This document shows, one piece after another, positions 18,369-28,020 of a stretch of DNA of 64,000 bases. Made by a program: the position numbers and the translations under genes. Source of the DNA: a virus; IMG/VR virus record IMGVR_UViG_3300024180_000005, positions 16,219-80,218 of that record. One strand, 5' to 3'. Positions within the stretch are counted from its first letter, which is position 1. Each line of letters opens with the position of its first letter. A model generated the notes under the pieces. It was not told where the DNA came from. It searched no databases and was given only the letters and a program-made list of their open reading frames with translations.

Positions 18369-20330
18369 ATGATAATTAGTAAACTAGTATTAGTTAAAAG
18401 TTCCAAATATTATAAAAACTTGGGATATGATATAGATGATAAGTATATAAAAGTTGATATATTACATTTACCAAAAGGATCACATGTTATGATTTTATCA
18501 AAGTGTGATTATTGTAATAATGAGAAAGAAGTTTCATATAAAAACTATAATAGGAATATATCAATAAATGGTAAATTTTCGTGTTCTATAAAATGTGGAG
18601 TTTTAAAATCAAAGGAAACAAATTTAGAAAAATATGGTGTTGAATCAACGAATCAATTAGATTCAAAGAAATATAAATCTAAAAAGAGTCTGTTAAAAAA
18701 ATATGGTGTTGATCATGTTTCAAAATTAGAATCTAGTAAAAAATCCAAAAGTATTAAAATGTTATCTAAATCTAATGAAATATCCAATAATATTAAAAAA
18801 TATTGGGAAAGCTTAGAAAGAGATGATATTGAAAGAATAAATAATAAGAGGGAATTAAGTAATATAAAGAAATATGGTTTTAAAAATGTTTCACAAGTTG
18901 AATTATTTAAAGAAAAGGTTAAGAAGACTAACTTAGAGAAATATGGTGGTTATACATATCAATCTAATATTTTGATGAGTAAGGTAATTGATACAAACTT
19001 GGAGAAATATGGTGTAACACATTCATCTAGTAATACTAAAATTAAAGAAAAGGTTAAGAAGACTAACTTAGAGAAATATGGCTTTGAATGTGTCAGTAAA
19101 TCACCTATAATTAAAAAGAAGATAATTGATACAAATTTAGAGAAGTATGGCGTTGAAAACATTATGTTTTTACCAAACATTGTTAAGAATTTGAATGATA
19201 AGTTTTATAAAAAATACAAAGTAAATAGTTATTTTAAAACAGATGAATTTAAAAATAGTATAAAGTATAATCCGGTTGCAAATGAGATTTTCAGAAAAAA
19301 TCTTATAATTAACAATCATGAAAATTATATAAGTTATATTTCTAATAATATCTCTGAATTTAAATGTGATTGTGGTAATTCTCATACTTTTCAAATAAGT
19401 AGTGTTAATTTCCATAATAGAAATAATTCAAATCTACCTTTATGTACAATATGTTTCCCAATTGGTGAAAACTCATCTCTTAAAGAAATTGAATTAAGAA
19501 ATTATATAAATTCAATTTATGAGGGTAAAATAATAAGTTCGTATAGAGATGGTTTAGAAATAGATATTTATTTACCTGATTTGAAAATAGGTTTTGAATT
19601 CAATGGTCTATATTGGCATTCCGAAGAGTATAAAGATAGAAACTATCACATAGATAAAACAAATTATTTTAAAAATAGAGGTATAAGAATAATACACATC
19701 TGGGAAGATGATTGGGACAACAAAAAAGAAATAATTAAAAGTCAAATTATAAATTGGATTGGATCATCAACTAATAAAATATATGCAAGAAAGTGTGAGA
19801 TTAGAGAAGTTGGTCAGTTAGATTATAAACTTTTTTTAGATAATAATCATATACAAGGTTTCATAAGATCAAAAATAAGAATTGGTTTATATTATAAAGA
19901 TGAATTGGTTAGTTTGATGACATTTGATAATTTAGAAGGTAGAAGAGTAATGCAAGAAGGTGGGTGGAATTTATCTAGGTTCTGTAATAAATTAAATATA
20001 AATGTAATCGGAGGGGCTTCTAAGTTATTAAAACATTTCATAAAATATTATAAACCAAATAGGATAATTAGTTATGCAGACTTAAGTTGGAGTAATGGGA
20101 AGCTTTATTATAAATTAGGATTTGAATTATCTAATATATCAAAGCCTGATTATAAGTATATAAACGAGAGTGTTCGTATAAACAAACAAAAATTTACAAA
20201 AAGTAGGTTAAGAAAACTAGGATATAATACTTCCAGAACAGAAGATGAAATAACTAAGGAATTGGGTTTATCAAAAATATATGGTTGTGGTCAATTAAAA
20301 TTTGAACTTTTACTAGATAAATTACTATAA
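18369..20330 (+). CDS. Hef-like homing endonuclease, paralog of 10281..12017
   Basis: Zn-ribbon N-terminus, many TNLEKYG repeats, identical core SYRDGLEIDIYLPDLKIGFEFNGLYWHSE, GNAT-like C-domain. Confidence 0.8.
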   Translation: MIISKLVLVKSSKYYKNLGYDIDDKYIKVDILHLPKGSHVMILSKCDYCNNEKEVSYKNYNRNISINGKFSCSIKCGVLKSKETNLEKYGVESTNQLDSKKYKSKKSLLKKYGVDHVSKLESSKKSKSIKMLSKSNEISNNIKKYWESLERDDIERINNKRELSNIKKYGFKNVSQVELFKEKVKKTNLEKYGGYTYQSNILMSKVIDTNLEKYGVTHSSSNTKIKEKVKKTNLEKYGFECVSKSPIIKKKIIDTNLEKYGVENIMFLPNIVKNLNDKFYKKYKVNSYFKTDEFKNSIKYNPVANEIFRKNLIINNHENYISYISNNISEFKCDCGNSHTFQISSVNFHNRNNSNLPLCTICFPIGENSSLKEIELRNYINSIYEGKIISSYRDGLEIDIYLPDLKIGFEFNGLYWHSEEYKDRNYHIDKTNYFKNRGIRIIHIWEDDWDNKKEIIKSQIINWIGSSTNKIYARKCEIREVGQLDYKLFLDNNHIQGFIRSKIRIGLYYKDELVSLMTFDNLEGRRVMQEGGWNLSRFCNKLNINVIGGASKLLKHFIKYYKPNRIISYADLSWSNGKLYYKLGFELSNISKPDYKYINESVRINKQKFTKSRLRKLGYNTSRTEDEITKELGLSKIYGCGQLKFELLLDKLL

Positions 20331-20339
20331 TAAATAAAT

Positions 20340-20410
20340 GCAGTGTTAGCATAAGTAATGCGCTATACTACCAGTATAGAGATTCTGTTCAAATCAGAAC
20401 ACTTGCTCTA
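20340..20410 (+). tRNA. atypical tRNA-Gly, anticodon ACC (possibly degenerate)
   Basis: D arm GCAT/ATGC, anticodon arm CTATA-CTACCAG-TATAG, T arm TTCTG-TTCAAAT-CAGAA, acceptor GCAGTG/CACTTGC with 1-nt bulge, U discriminator, CTA in place of CCA. Confidence 0.75.
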
Positions 20411-20426
20411 AAAAATAAAAATCATT

Positions 20427-21386
20427 ATGAGTCTAAATAATAAGACATTTAAAGACAACAAAACCGGTGAAATTATAAAAGTAATTGATTCGTTTGAAAA
20501 TATAGCAATTCTAGAAAATAAAACTAAAATTGATAAAAGGAGACTTATGGATCCAAATCATTTTACAGAACAAATAGATCCTTCTTCATTTTTCAATACA
20601 CAAAATGCATATGATGATTTATTTGAGAAAATAAAAACCATTCCAACGGATAGATTACCTGATGATAATGGTGAGATTAAACCAGTAGTAAATATCGATA
20701 GTAGGTATACACCACCTGTAGAAGATGATAGTGCGGTGATATATGGTACTATTGATGATGAGAAGGAAGAGTTGGCTAGAAAATATGGAGTTAATAATGT
20801 TAATACTGAATCTACTTCTCGACAAAATGAAGTTTTTGCTAAAATACTTGGGGATAGTGAAGAATTAAATGAGTTACCTTTTGTAGATTCAAAATCTTTT
20901 ACCAATGAGGAACCACATGTTCAAAGTGTTGATGTTGATAGTAATAACGAAAAGGTATATTTACAACCCAAAGAAGATCCCATTTACACAATGTTTAGAG
21001 GTGTTAAAAGATCAGTAAACTTCAACCTTGATTTGAAATTGGAAAATAAAATACCAAGATTAGATTTCATAGAAATGATGGAAGACTCATACGAAAAAAG
21101 TATTATTGACTTTTTGGCCGAGGAATTTATGAATGAATTATTAAAAGACCCAAAGGTTTTAAAAGAAAGTATAAAGGCGAAAATAAGTGAAATGGTTTAT
21201 AAGAAAAAAACTACAAGAAAGTCAGTTGCTAAAAAGCCAGTTGCTAAAAAATCAGTTGCTAAAAAGCCAGTTGCTAAAAAATCAGTTACCAAACCAATTT
21301 CGAGTAAAAGAAATCTTAAAAGAGACTTAACAGACTCGACAAAAGATATAAATATAGTAAAAAAAGAGACTGAGCAAAATGATTGA
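20427..21386 (+). CDS. hypothetical protein with histone-like (S/P)VAKK tail
   Basis: 319-aa ORF; C-terminal KSVAKKPVAKKSVAKKPVAKK. Confidence 0.8.
   Translation: MSLNNKTFKDNKTGEIIKVIDSFENIAILENKTKIDKRRLMDPNHFTEQIDPSSFFNTQNAYDDLFEKIKTIPTDRLPDDNGEIKPVVNIDSRYTPPVEDDSAVIYGTIDDEKEELARKYGVNNVNTESTSRQNEVFAKILGDSEELNELPFVDSKSFTNEEPHVQSVDVDSNNEKVYLQPKEDPIYTMFRGVKRSVNFNLDLKLENKIPRLDFIEMMEDSYEKSIIDFLAEEFMNELLKDPKVLKESIKAKISEMVYKKKTTRKSVAKKPVAKKSVAKKPVAKKSVTKPISSKRNLKRDLTDSTKDINIVKKETEQND
21222..21288 (+). repeat. 15-bp coding tandem repeat, about 4.5 copies
   Basis: Alternating TCAGTTGCTAAAAAG / CCAGTTGCTAAAAAA. Confidence 0.9.
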
Positions 21387-21780
21387 TGAGAGATTTTTAA
21401 CAGCTGCAATAAATATTAGAAGAACCTATTTAAAACTAACTTCTAATTTAGATTTATATAAAAATAAGGCAGAAGTAACTTTATTAAAGTTAGAGAAGGC
21501 ATACGATGATCTTGAGAAATTAAATATAAGGATAAAAGAAGGTAAAAAAAATGGGTCGGATGATGAAGTTAAAGACGACTTGTTAAAAATATTCTCAGAA
21601 ATTGAGGATGAGGGTAATAGAATCGAGAAATTTTTAGAACCTTTAAATAAAGAAATTGAAAAGTTGGCAATTGAAGAACAGCAGTTATATAGCAATATTT
21701 GTAAGGCTCATTCAAATTTATCTGAAGATGATATAGTAGATATTGTCAGAAAAAGATTGACAAAAGAAAACCTCTTGTAG
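21379..21780 (+). CDS. coiled-coil hypothetical protein
   Basis: 133-aa ORF overlapping the upstream stop; E/K/L heptads; followed by a hairpin terminator near 21765-21802. Confidence 0.75.
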   Translation: MIDERFLTAAINIRRTYLKLTSNLDLYKNKAEVTLLKLEKAYDDLEKLNIRIKEGKKNGSDDEVKDDLLKIFSEIEDEGNRIEKFLEPLNKEIEKLAIEEQQLYSNICKAHSNLSEDDIVDIVRKRLTKENLL

Positions 21781-21831
21781 TAGCGAGAGGTTTTCTTTTT
21801 TTATATATAATAAAAAGATTTCAACTCTCAA

Positions 21832-23769
21832 ATGGCTAAAATTTCAAAATATGTTAAGTTAGATAGAGATATATTATTAGAATATATCTATAATGATGGT
21901 AACATGATTAGTGACCAGTATAAAATACTGGTTGACTCAAGAGATAACAGAAGATCGTATATAGCAGGAGACTTAAGTGGTACAGGTAATACAAATATTA
22001 AAGGTCAAGAGAATCAACTTTTTAAGTTAGATTCTGTTTCTGGAAAATATGGTATCGTAAACCCAGATTATTACTCATATCTTCAGTATAAAGAATTTTC
22101 TTCTAGTATTCCTGTTAGACATGATACTATTAAAGTTCATATACCAATAAATTGGACTTTTGGTGAACACTTAGGTTTCTATATCAGAGTTTATACTTTA
22201 GATGAGACCAATACAAACCCATTTGAGATTTCCAATTTCTATTTTGATATGACAAATGTTTCTCAGCAATATTTGTTAAACTATTCTACACCACCTTTAT
22301 TATTTCAAGAAAAACTTTGGGGAAAAACTATAGAAATAGAGGTTCCGGCTATAAATGAAATCGCAACTCAAAAAGTTGATGGTAGTCCAAAAGAAGATAG
22401 TATAAATTACAACCTTACAAATGGTATCGGTTTGAGTATAACTGCACCAATTTTTATCGACTTTTTCTTCATTGATGGTATACAAAAAGTTAATGGTATA
22501 TCAACATACATACTTGCAGGAAAAGTAACAACTACAATCCCACAAACTCCAGAATTTGAAAGATTAGGTCTTGTTGTAAAACACTCGACGGAAGGGGACT
22601 TTTTTGAAATTCACGGAACCTATAATGATAATATTGCAGAATTCAAAAAGTTCATAGATGATTCATTTACTATGGGACATAGATACTATGTACAATATAA
22701 CATAACAACATATGAACAAAATATTCGTGGGAAAACAACAACTGTAACTGTTCATGATGGTTTTAATGAAACAATAGAATATAGACCAATTATAAAATTT
22801 TCTACTACAACCGCAATAATAGATGTTGAGATGAGACTTATCGATTCTGTTGATGATTCGTATATTCTAAGGAGAGCATCATATGGTATGTTACAAGATG
22901 AAGTTTCTAAATATAGTACAAATATGTTAAAAATAAATTTAACAAATGCCACAAAGCCTAAAATCTATAATGTTAAAAATGCAATTGATGCATCTTTACT
23001 AGGTGTTACTAACGCAATGGGTAGGACTACAACACCAAGAGGTAGAACAAATAATATGGCATCAAGTGGTGCAGGATTCAATGTTGGTATAGCAGTAAAT
23101 AAAGGTGACTTAGGAAGTGGAAATAGTTTTGGTGCAGGTGTTGGTAATAATGGTGGTGTATTTGGTGGTAATTCTAATACTACACAAGTACAAACAATAA
23201 AGGTTCCTTATCCAGTCCTTGTAGATAAATTTAACATAATAGGTAAATCAGAAAATTCTGTTTTTAATAATAATACCTTCTATGGAAATGCAAAAATGCA
23301 AATAAAGATATACCCATTTGATAATATAATTAAATTTATAATTGCATCGGGTGATCCATTGAAGCCAGACTATTTAGATATGACAGGTTTAGGTGAGATA
23401 AAACTTGTTTTTAAAAATGATAACACAACACAGGAGTTTCCATTGATGATAGAATCAAGTGATATAAATCTTAAATTAGGACAAATTGTGTTTAAATTAC
23501 CACAAAGTAAAGTTTTAAGTGTTAAAAAGATATATGAATCAGGTGTAAATATATTTTATATAACATCATTTAATCAGGGAAATACTTCTGTAGTTTATAC
23601 TGGATTATATCAAATATTTGATAATCTTAAAAATGTTTCAGATCTTAATAAAGATTCTGTGGTAGTTGGTAATTCGGCTATAAATCAAGATCCTAAATTA
23701 CCTAGAGAAACCGCAGTGGTTACTAGAAAATTAATAACAAGTGAAACGGCACCTACTAAAAAGGGTTAG
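21832..23769 (+). CDS. putative virion structural protein
   Basis: 645-aa beta-rich ORF after TATATATA, Gly/Asn linker, upstream of a tail gene. Confidence 0.6.
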   Translation: MAKISKYVKLDRDILLEYIYNDGNMISDQYKILVDSRDNRRSYIAGDLSGTGNTNIKGQENQLFKLDSVSGKYGIVNPDYYSYLQYKEFSSSIPVRHDTIKVHIPINWTFGEHLGFYIRVYTLDETNTNPFEISNFYFDMTNVSQQYLLNYSTPPLLFQEKLWGKTIEIEVPAINEIATQKVDGSPKEDSINYNLTNGIGLSITAPIFIDFFFIDGIQKVNGISTYILAGKVTTTIPQTPEFERLGLVVKHSTEGDFFEIHGTYNDNIAEFKKFIDDSFTMGHRYYVQYNITTYEQNIRGKTTTVTVHDGFNETIEYRPIIKFSTTTAIIDVEMRLIDSVDDSYILRRASYGMLQDEVSKYSTNMLKINLTNATKPKIYNVKNAIDASLLGVTNAMGRTTTPRGRTNNMASSGAGFNVGIAVNKGDLGSGNSFGAGVGNNGGVFGGNSNTTQVQTIKVPYPVLVDKFNIIGKSENSVFNNNTFYGNAKMQIKIYPFDNIIKFIIASGDPLKPDYLDMTGLGEIKLVFKNDNTTQEFPLMIESSDINLKLGQIVFKLPQSKVLSVKKIYESGVNIFYITSFNQGNTSVVYTGLYQIFDNLKNVSDLNKDSVVVGNSAINQDPKLPRETAVVTRKLITSETAPTKKG

Positions 23770-23837
23770 AGGAATCTAAAATTAAATATATATAGAAATT
23801 ACAATTTAATTGTAAATAAAAAATAGTCCCATTAGTT

Positions 23838-24437
23838 ATTCGTCTTTCCAGTCAGTCCTCCCAATTTGTCTTTAATTTACCGCAAGATTTCTTAAAGCCA
23901 GAAACTATAGATACATATCAACCCGTCTTAGAGAAGAATTGGGTACAATATGAGAATGTTATAGATTATCTTAATTCTACTATTAAGTCTGTTAATTTTC
24001 CAGGAATATCATTTGATATGCCAAAGCAAATATTAATGAGAGGTAAAGAAAGACAATTTAAACCTGCACAAAATGTTCAAGATATAACAACAACTCATGA
24101 GTTGACTGTTACATTTAGATCAGTAGATGCCGATTTAAATTATTGGCTTATGTTTGATGTATTGACTAAACATTACCTTGATGTTGAAAACGCATTCTTA
24201 AATCCATTTACTATAACTTGTGTAGATATACATAGGGACGCATTATATGTGATAAGATTTTATGAGATTATATTAAAATCTTTGTCGGATAATACCTTTA
24301 ATTATTCACAACAAAAAGTTGTTGCTAAAGACTTTACAATGACCTTCCACTTTAATTTCTATGATATAGAGTTTATCTTGGATAAGAGTAAGGTTCTGGA
24401 ACTTGGTGCATTACCTCAGATTATTCAACGTCTTTAA
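23838..24437 (+). CDS. T4 gp3-like tail terminator/tube-fold protein with probable non-ATG (ATT) start
   Basis: Frame open at least 60 codons upstream of ATG 24018 (IRLSSQSSQFVFNLP..KSVNFPGISF); SVNFPGI..ELTVTF..D..LNYW resembles gp3. Confidence 0.6.
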   Translation: MRLSSQSSQFVFNLPQDFLKPETIDTYQPVLEKNWVQYENVIDYLNSTIKSVNFPGISFDMPKQILMRGKERQFKPAQNVQDITTTHELTVTFRSVDADLNYWLMFDVLTKHYLDVENAFLNPFTITCVDIHRDALYVIRFYEIILKSLSDNTFNYSQQKVVAKDFTMTFHFNFYDIEFILDKSKVLELGALPQIIQRL

Positions 24438-24594
24438 TCTTATTATAAAGTTTATCAATAGAGTTCTTTCTTTTCCAAGATTTTGAAGAAGCCATATTCT
24501 GAATATTTTTTATTATATCAGCATCTATGTTCTTTGCGAGTTCTTCAGAAAGAATCTTCAGAAGTTCATCTTCTACGTTTATGTTATCTTTCAT
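24421..24594 (-). CDS. small protein (57 aa) with major-capsid spine-helix-like segment; absent from ORF track
   Basis: MKDNINVEDELLKILSEELAKNIDADIIKNIQ..KRKNSIDKLY; ATGA overlap with the upstream acetyltransferase. Confidence 0.65.
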   Translation of the reverse strand: MKDNINVEDELLKILSEELAKNIDADIIKNIQNMASSKSWKRKNSIDKLYNKIKDVE

Positions 24595-25115
24595 ATTAAA
24601 TTAAATCTACTAAATAAATCATCAAAATTAGATGAACATAAAAGAGGTGATATTTCATTAATTATTTGTTCATCCATATACCACCACTTTAGTTTTAATA
24701 AATTACTTATTATTTCATCACCAAAACGATATTTAATAACTTTTGCCGGATTACCACCAACTATTGAATATGAGGGAACATCTTTAACAACATGTGAATT
24801 ATTTGCTATAACTGAACCATCACCAATTTTAACACCACTCATTATAGTTGTGTTGGTTCCTATCCAAACATCATTACCTATTATAACATCACCATTAGTT
24901 TTAGGATGGCCTTGTCCATTAAATCTATCAAATGTTCCTAACTCAACATGACCAAAAGGATATGTAGTTACCCAATCAGTTCTATGGTTACCACCTAAAA
25001 ATACTTTTATATTACCACCAATAGAACAAAATGATCCAATATGTAATTGAGAACCTTCTCCCCAAGAAAATAAATTAATGTTATTATGTCCATATGTATA
25101 TCTACCAACTTTCAT
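24591..25115 (-). CDS. CatB/Vat-related hexapeptide O-acetyltransferase
   Basis: IGSFCSIG, NHRTDWVTTYPF, IGNDVWIG, VKIGDGSVI, IVGGNPAKVIKYRF. Confidence 0.92.
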   Translation of the reverse strand: MKVGRYTYGHNNINLFSWGEGSQLHIGSFCSIGGNIKVFLGGNHRTDWVTTYPFGHVELGTFDRFNGQGHPKTNGDVIIGNDVWIGTNTTIMSGVKIGDGSVIANNSHVVKDVPSYSIVGGNPAKVIKYRFGDEIISNLLKLKWWYMDEQIINEISPLLCSSNFDDLFSRFNLI

Positions 25116-25209
25116 TATTTTATTTTTGAGTACTTTGGATTCAGACTATTTAATAGATTAGTTATTGCAACTATTAATAATTAGTGGTATAATTGTGACT
25201 ACTCAAATT

Positions 25210-25791
25210 TTATTTTCTTTTTAATACAGTTAAACCGTTATTATTTTCATATTTTTCATATATTAACCATTTACTACCATTTTCTGTTTCTAAGAAATCT
25301 AAAACCGCATTCCATAATCCGTTTTTATTTGTAGATTTATTCTTAATATCATCACTCGCATGTTCATATATTTCTTCATCAACTAAACCAAATGATGTTG
25401 TATCATGTAAAATTATATATTTTGATGACTTATTTGAGTGCAAATTCAATTCTTGTATTAATTGGTTATAGGTATGTAAAGTATCAATAAATAATAAATC
25501 TGTTTTTTCTATTTCAATATTCAAAACATCAGATTCTATAAAAGTATAATCAATGCCATATTTATTTGCAATTTCAACCACATCATTTATTTTTTGGTTT
25601 TTTACAATATCATAGCTAATCATTTTTTTTGGATTGGACATCAACAAAGGCCAAGTTGATGAAACCCATCTAACTCCCATCTCAGTTATATGATCACATT
25701 CTTTACCATATTTTAATAAAGTAGGTAAATGTTCATTGATATCAGATGAAATATTACACTGTTCTTTATAAATTAATTCTATTTCTTTCAT
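25210..25791 (-). CDS. class I SAM-dependent methyltransferase (Methyltransf_24-like)
   Basis: SDINEHL, EMGVR, DLLFIDTLHTY, IILHDT, NNGLTVL. Confidence 0.8.
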   Translation of the reverse strand: MKEIELIYKEQCNISSDINEHLPTLLKYGKECDHITEMGVRWVSSTWPLLMSNPKKMISYDIVKNQKINDVVEIANKYGIDYTFIESDVLNIEIEKTDLLFIDTLHTYNQLIQELNLHSNKSSKYIILHDTTSFGLVDEEIYEHASDDIKNKSTNKNGLWNAVLDFLETENGSKWLIYEKYENNNGLTVLKRK

Positions 25792-25869
25792 TTTAATATT
25801 ATATTTTTTATTTATTGGTTGTGTTTACTCAATATTTACTATCTTTATAAGATAGTTTAATGGTAAAGT

Positions 25870-26634
25870 TTACGATAATAATTTAAAGTTTTTATACTTT
25901 TCCATTATTTTATTATATAGATTCTCATCTAAACTTATATTTTTTAAATCTGACCATTTTTCTATTATTAAAATAGGGTATTCTTTATAGTAAGAAATAT
26001 TTATACTATTCGTGACGACTGGAATCGATTTAAAGTATATAGACTCCCAAGTCTTATGACAATCTATACCATTACCATTTGGTGATATAACAAAATAACT
26101 TTTAGATATCTCACGTAAGTAGGACTCAAAATCAACTCTTTCTGAATTTTTAATTGGATATATACTATTTAAACATGTTGTTCTTTCATTCATATTAGTA
26201 TTAATATCTATATTACAATATACGTTATTTACTTTTTTATTATTTTCTATCATTACCTTTTTTATAATATCGGTATTACCGTGTGGCCACCTAATATTCG
26301 CAATTCCAATTGGAATAGAAAATAATTTATAATGTAAAAAGTTAATATTCTGACCATACCATTTTAGTAAATAATCATTATTCATTATTGATAAATAACT
26401 ATCATTTATAGAAAGATCACTATTATGTGTATATAATATAAATTTATTTTTAATATTTGGAAGAATAATTGATTTAAAATCATTTAACATATCTGTTTTA
26501 ACAAATATCTTCATCCCATCAAATTGATTAACTTTATTAATATCAAATTGATAAAACTCATCGTATATAAAATCACATTTCTTTCTATATCCCATCCCAG
26601 TTATAAAAGGAAGTGAATCTTTTGTTAAATCCAT
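25870..26634 (-). CDS. exostosin/GT47-like glycosyltransferase
   Basis: THNSD, IPIGI, FVISPNGNGIDCHKTWESIY..IPVV. Confidence 0.75.
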   Translation of the reverse strand: MDLTKDSLPFITGMGYRKKCDFIYDEFYQFDINKVNQFDGMKIFVKTDMLNDFKSIILPNIKNKFILYTHNSDLSINDSYLSIMNNDYLLKWYGQNINFLHYKLFSIPIGIANIRWPHGNTDIIKKVMIENNKKVNNVYCNIDINTNMNERTTCLNSIYPIKNSERVDFESYLREISKSYFVISPNGNGIDCHKTWESIYFKSIPVVTNSINISYYKEYPILIIEKWSDLKNISLDENLYNKIMEKYKNFKLLS

Positions 26635-27344
26635 AGGTTATTAATCATTTTATCTATTTCCAATTTATATTGTGAATATGGTCTAAGTGAGTGACAATCT
26701 ATATAATATCCCTTTTTTAAGGTATCAATATCATAAACCCAATTAGATCTATCAATCCTATTCATAGCCATACCATATTTCCAACCTCTCTCAGTTAGAT
26801 ATATTTTATCTCTATAATTAAACTCATTAACACATTTACCGAAATAAAGTTCATCAGTATCCCATCCCTGTTCAAACTTTGACAACCTATCACAATATTC
26901 ACCAAATTCACATTTTAAATCCAAAACATCGTTAAATATCTGACCTTTGCCAACATTATAGCATAACGGATATCTAGTTGTGTTATAAGCATCTGAACTT
27001 AATATAGCCAAACTATCATCATTTAGTTCATTAACTATATTATTAAAATAATAATGACTGAGAGGTAGCATATCTATATCGGATGTTATACAAACATCAT
27101 CTAGGTAATATTTTGTTATATACATTCTAACAATTTGTGACTGAAAGGCTGTTGAATAACCATCAACTGATTTTACTTCATGTATTATATGGTCGTCATT
27201 ATCGGTAACTAAATCCTTATCAGATATTAAAACTAATATAGGTTTTATTTTAATTAATTTAATCCAAAGATCCCTAACAATTGGCCAGAAATCCAAATAC
27301 ATAGGATTACTATCAGAAGCTACTATCGCGTAATCAATTTTCAT
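26625..27344 (-). CDS. putative glycosyltransferase
   Basis: DxD in SDIDMLP, WDTDE, IDCH; cluster context. Confidence 0.55.
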   Translation of the reverse strand: MKIDYAIVASDSNPMYLDFWPIVRDLWIKLIKIKPILVLISDKDLVTDNDDHIIHEVKSVDGYSTAFQSQIVRMYITKYYLDDVCITSDIDMLPLSHYYFNNIVNELNDDSLAILSSDAYNTTRYPLCYNVGKGQIFNDVLDLKCEFGEYCDRLSKFEQGWDTDELYFGKCVNEFNYRDKIYLTERGWKYGMAMNRIDRSNWVYDIDTLKKGYYIDCHSLRPYSQYKLEIDKMINNLWI

Positions 27345-27353
27345 TTATATGTA

Positions 27354-28016
27354 TTAAGTTTTTAATTTTTTTAATTTATTTTCTAATTCATTCATTATTC
27401 TAACATCACCAGTTCTATCACCAATAGTTTTACATCTAAAATGAAAATAATCAAAAATATTATCCGGGACCGGAGTATTTTTTATATCCAACCTTTTAGA
27501 AAAAGTTGGATAAATTCCAATATCTCTTAATAAACAAGCAAGTGCTACATCATCTATAAACTGATGATTCCATTTATTTCTATTTTCTACTACTTTTTCA
27601 ACTAAATCTTTGGATATAAAATATCCACAACCACTAGCGAAATTTATATCACCATGATTACCTATAATACCGTTATAAAACTCATTAAAAGGTTTATCAT
27701 CTAAATAGTCAACTAACTTCTCAATATTAACATAACTGCTACTATTGGTCCTAAAGATATAATCAAAATTATTACCTTTTAATAAAATCTCAAAAGCTCT
27801 AATAGTTTTATACCCTATATTATTATAACCTTCCGGATAGTTTGTTATTATTTTATCTTCATAAATGTACTCATCTTGCCCACCATGGTAAAAAAATACT
27901 TTTACATTATCTAGATTATGATTTGCCCAAGTTTTTTTTATACAATTCTCCAACATAACATAAGGTTCTTGATAATGACTCAATACCAATATTATTACAT
28001 TTTTTCTATTTGACAT
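27354..28016 (-). CDS. GT31-like (galactosyltransferase fold) glycosyltransferase
   Basis: IKKTW, YKTIRAF, YIFRTNSSSY, FASGCGY.IS.D, DDVALA. Confidence 0.65.
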   Translation of the reverse strand: MSNRKNVIILVLSHYQEPYVMLENCIKKTWANHNLDNVKVFFYHGGQDEYIYEDKIITNYPEGYNNIGYKTIRAFEILLKGNNFDYIFRTNSSSYVNIEKLVDYLDDKPFNEFYNGIIGNHGDINFASGCGYFISKDLVEKVVENRNKWNHQFIDDVALACLLRDIGIYPTFSKRLDIKNTPVPDNIFDYFHFRCKTIGDRTGDVRIMNELENKLKKLKT

Positions 28017-28020
28017 TATC

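Noticed and set aside
23826-23870. HDV-like ribozyme on the - strand (ends AATGGGAC)
   Set aside because: No matching P1/P2/P3 partners found; sequence is explained by + strand coding
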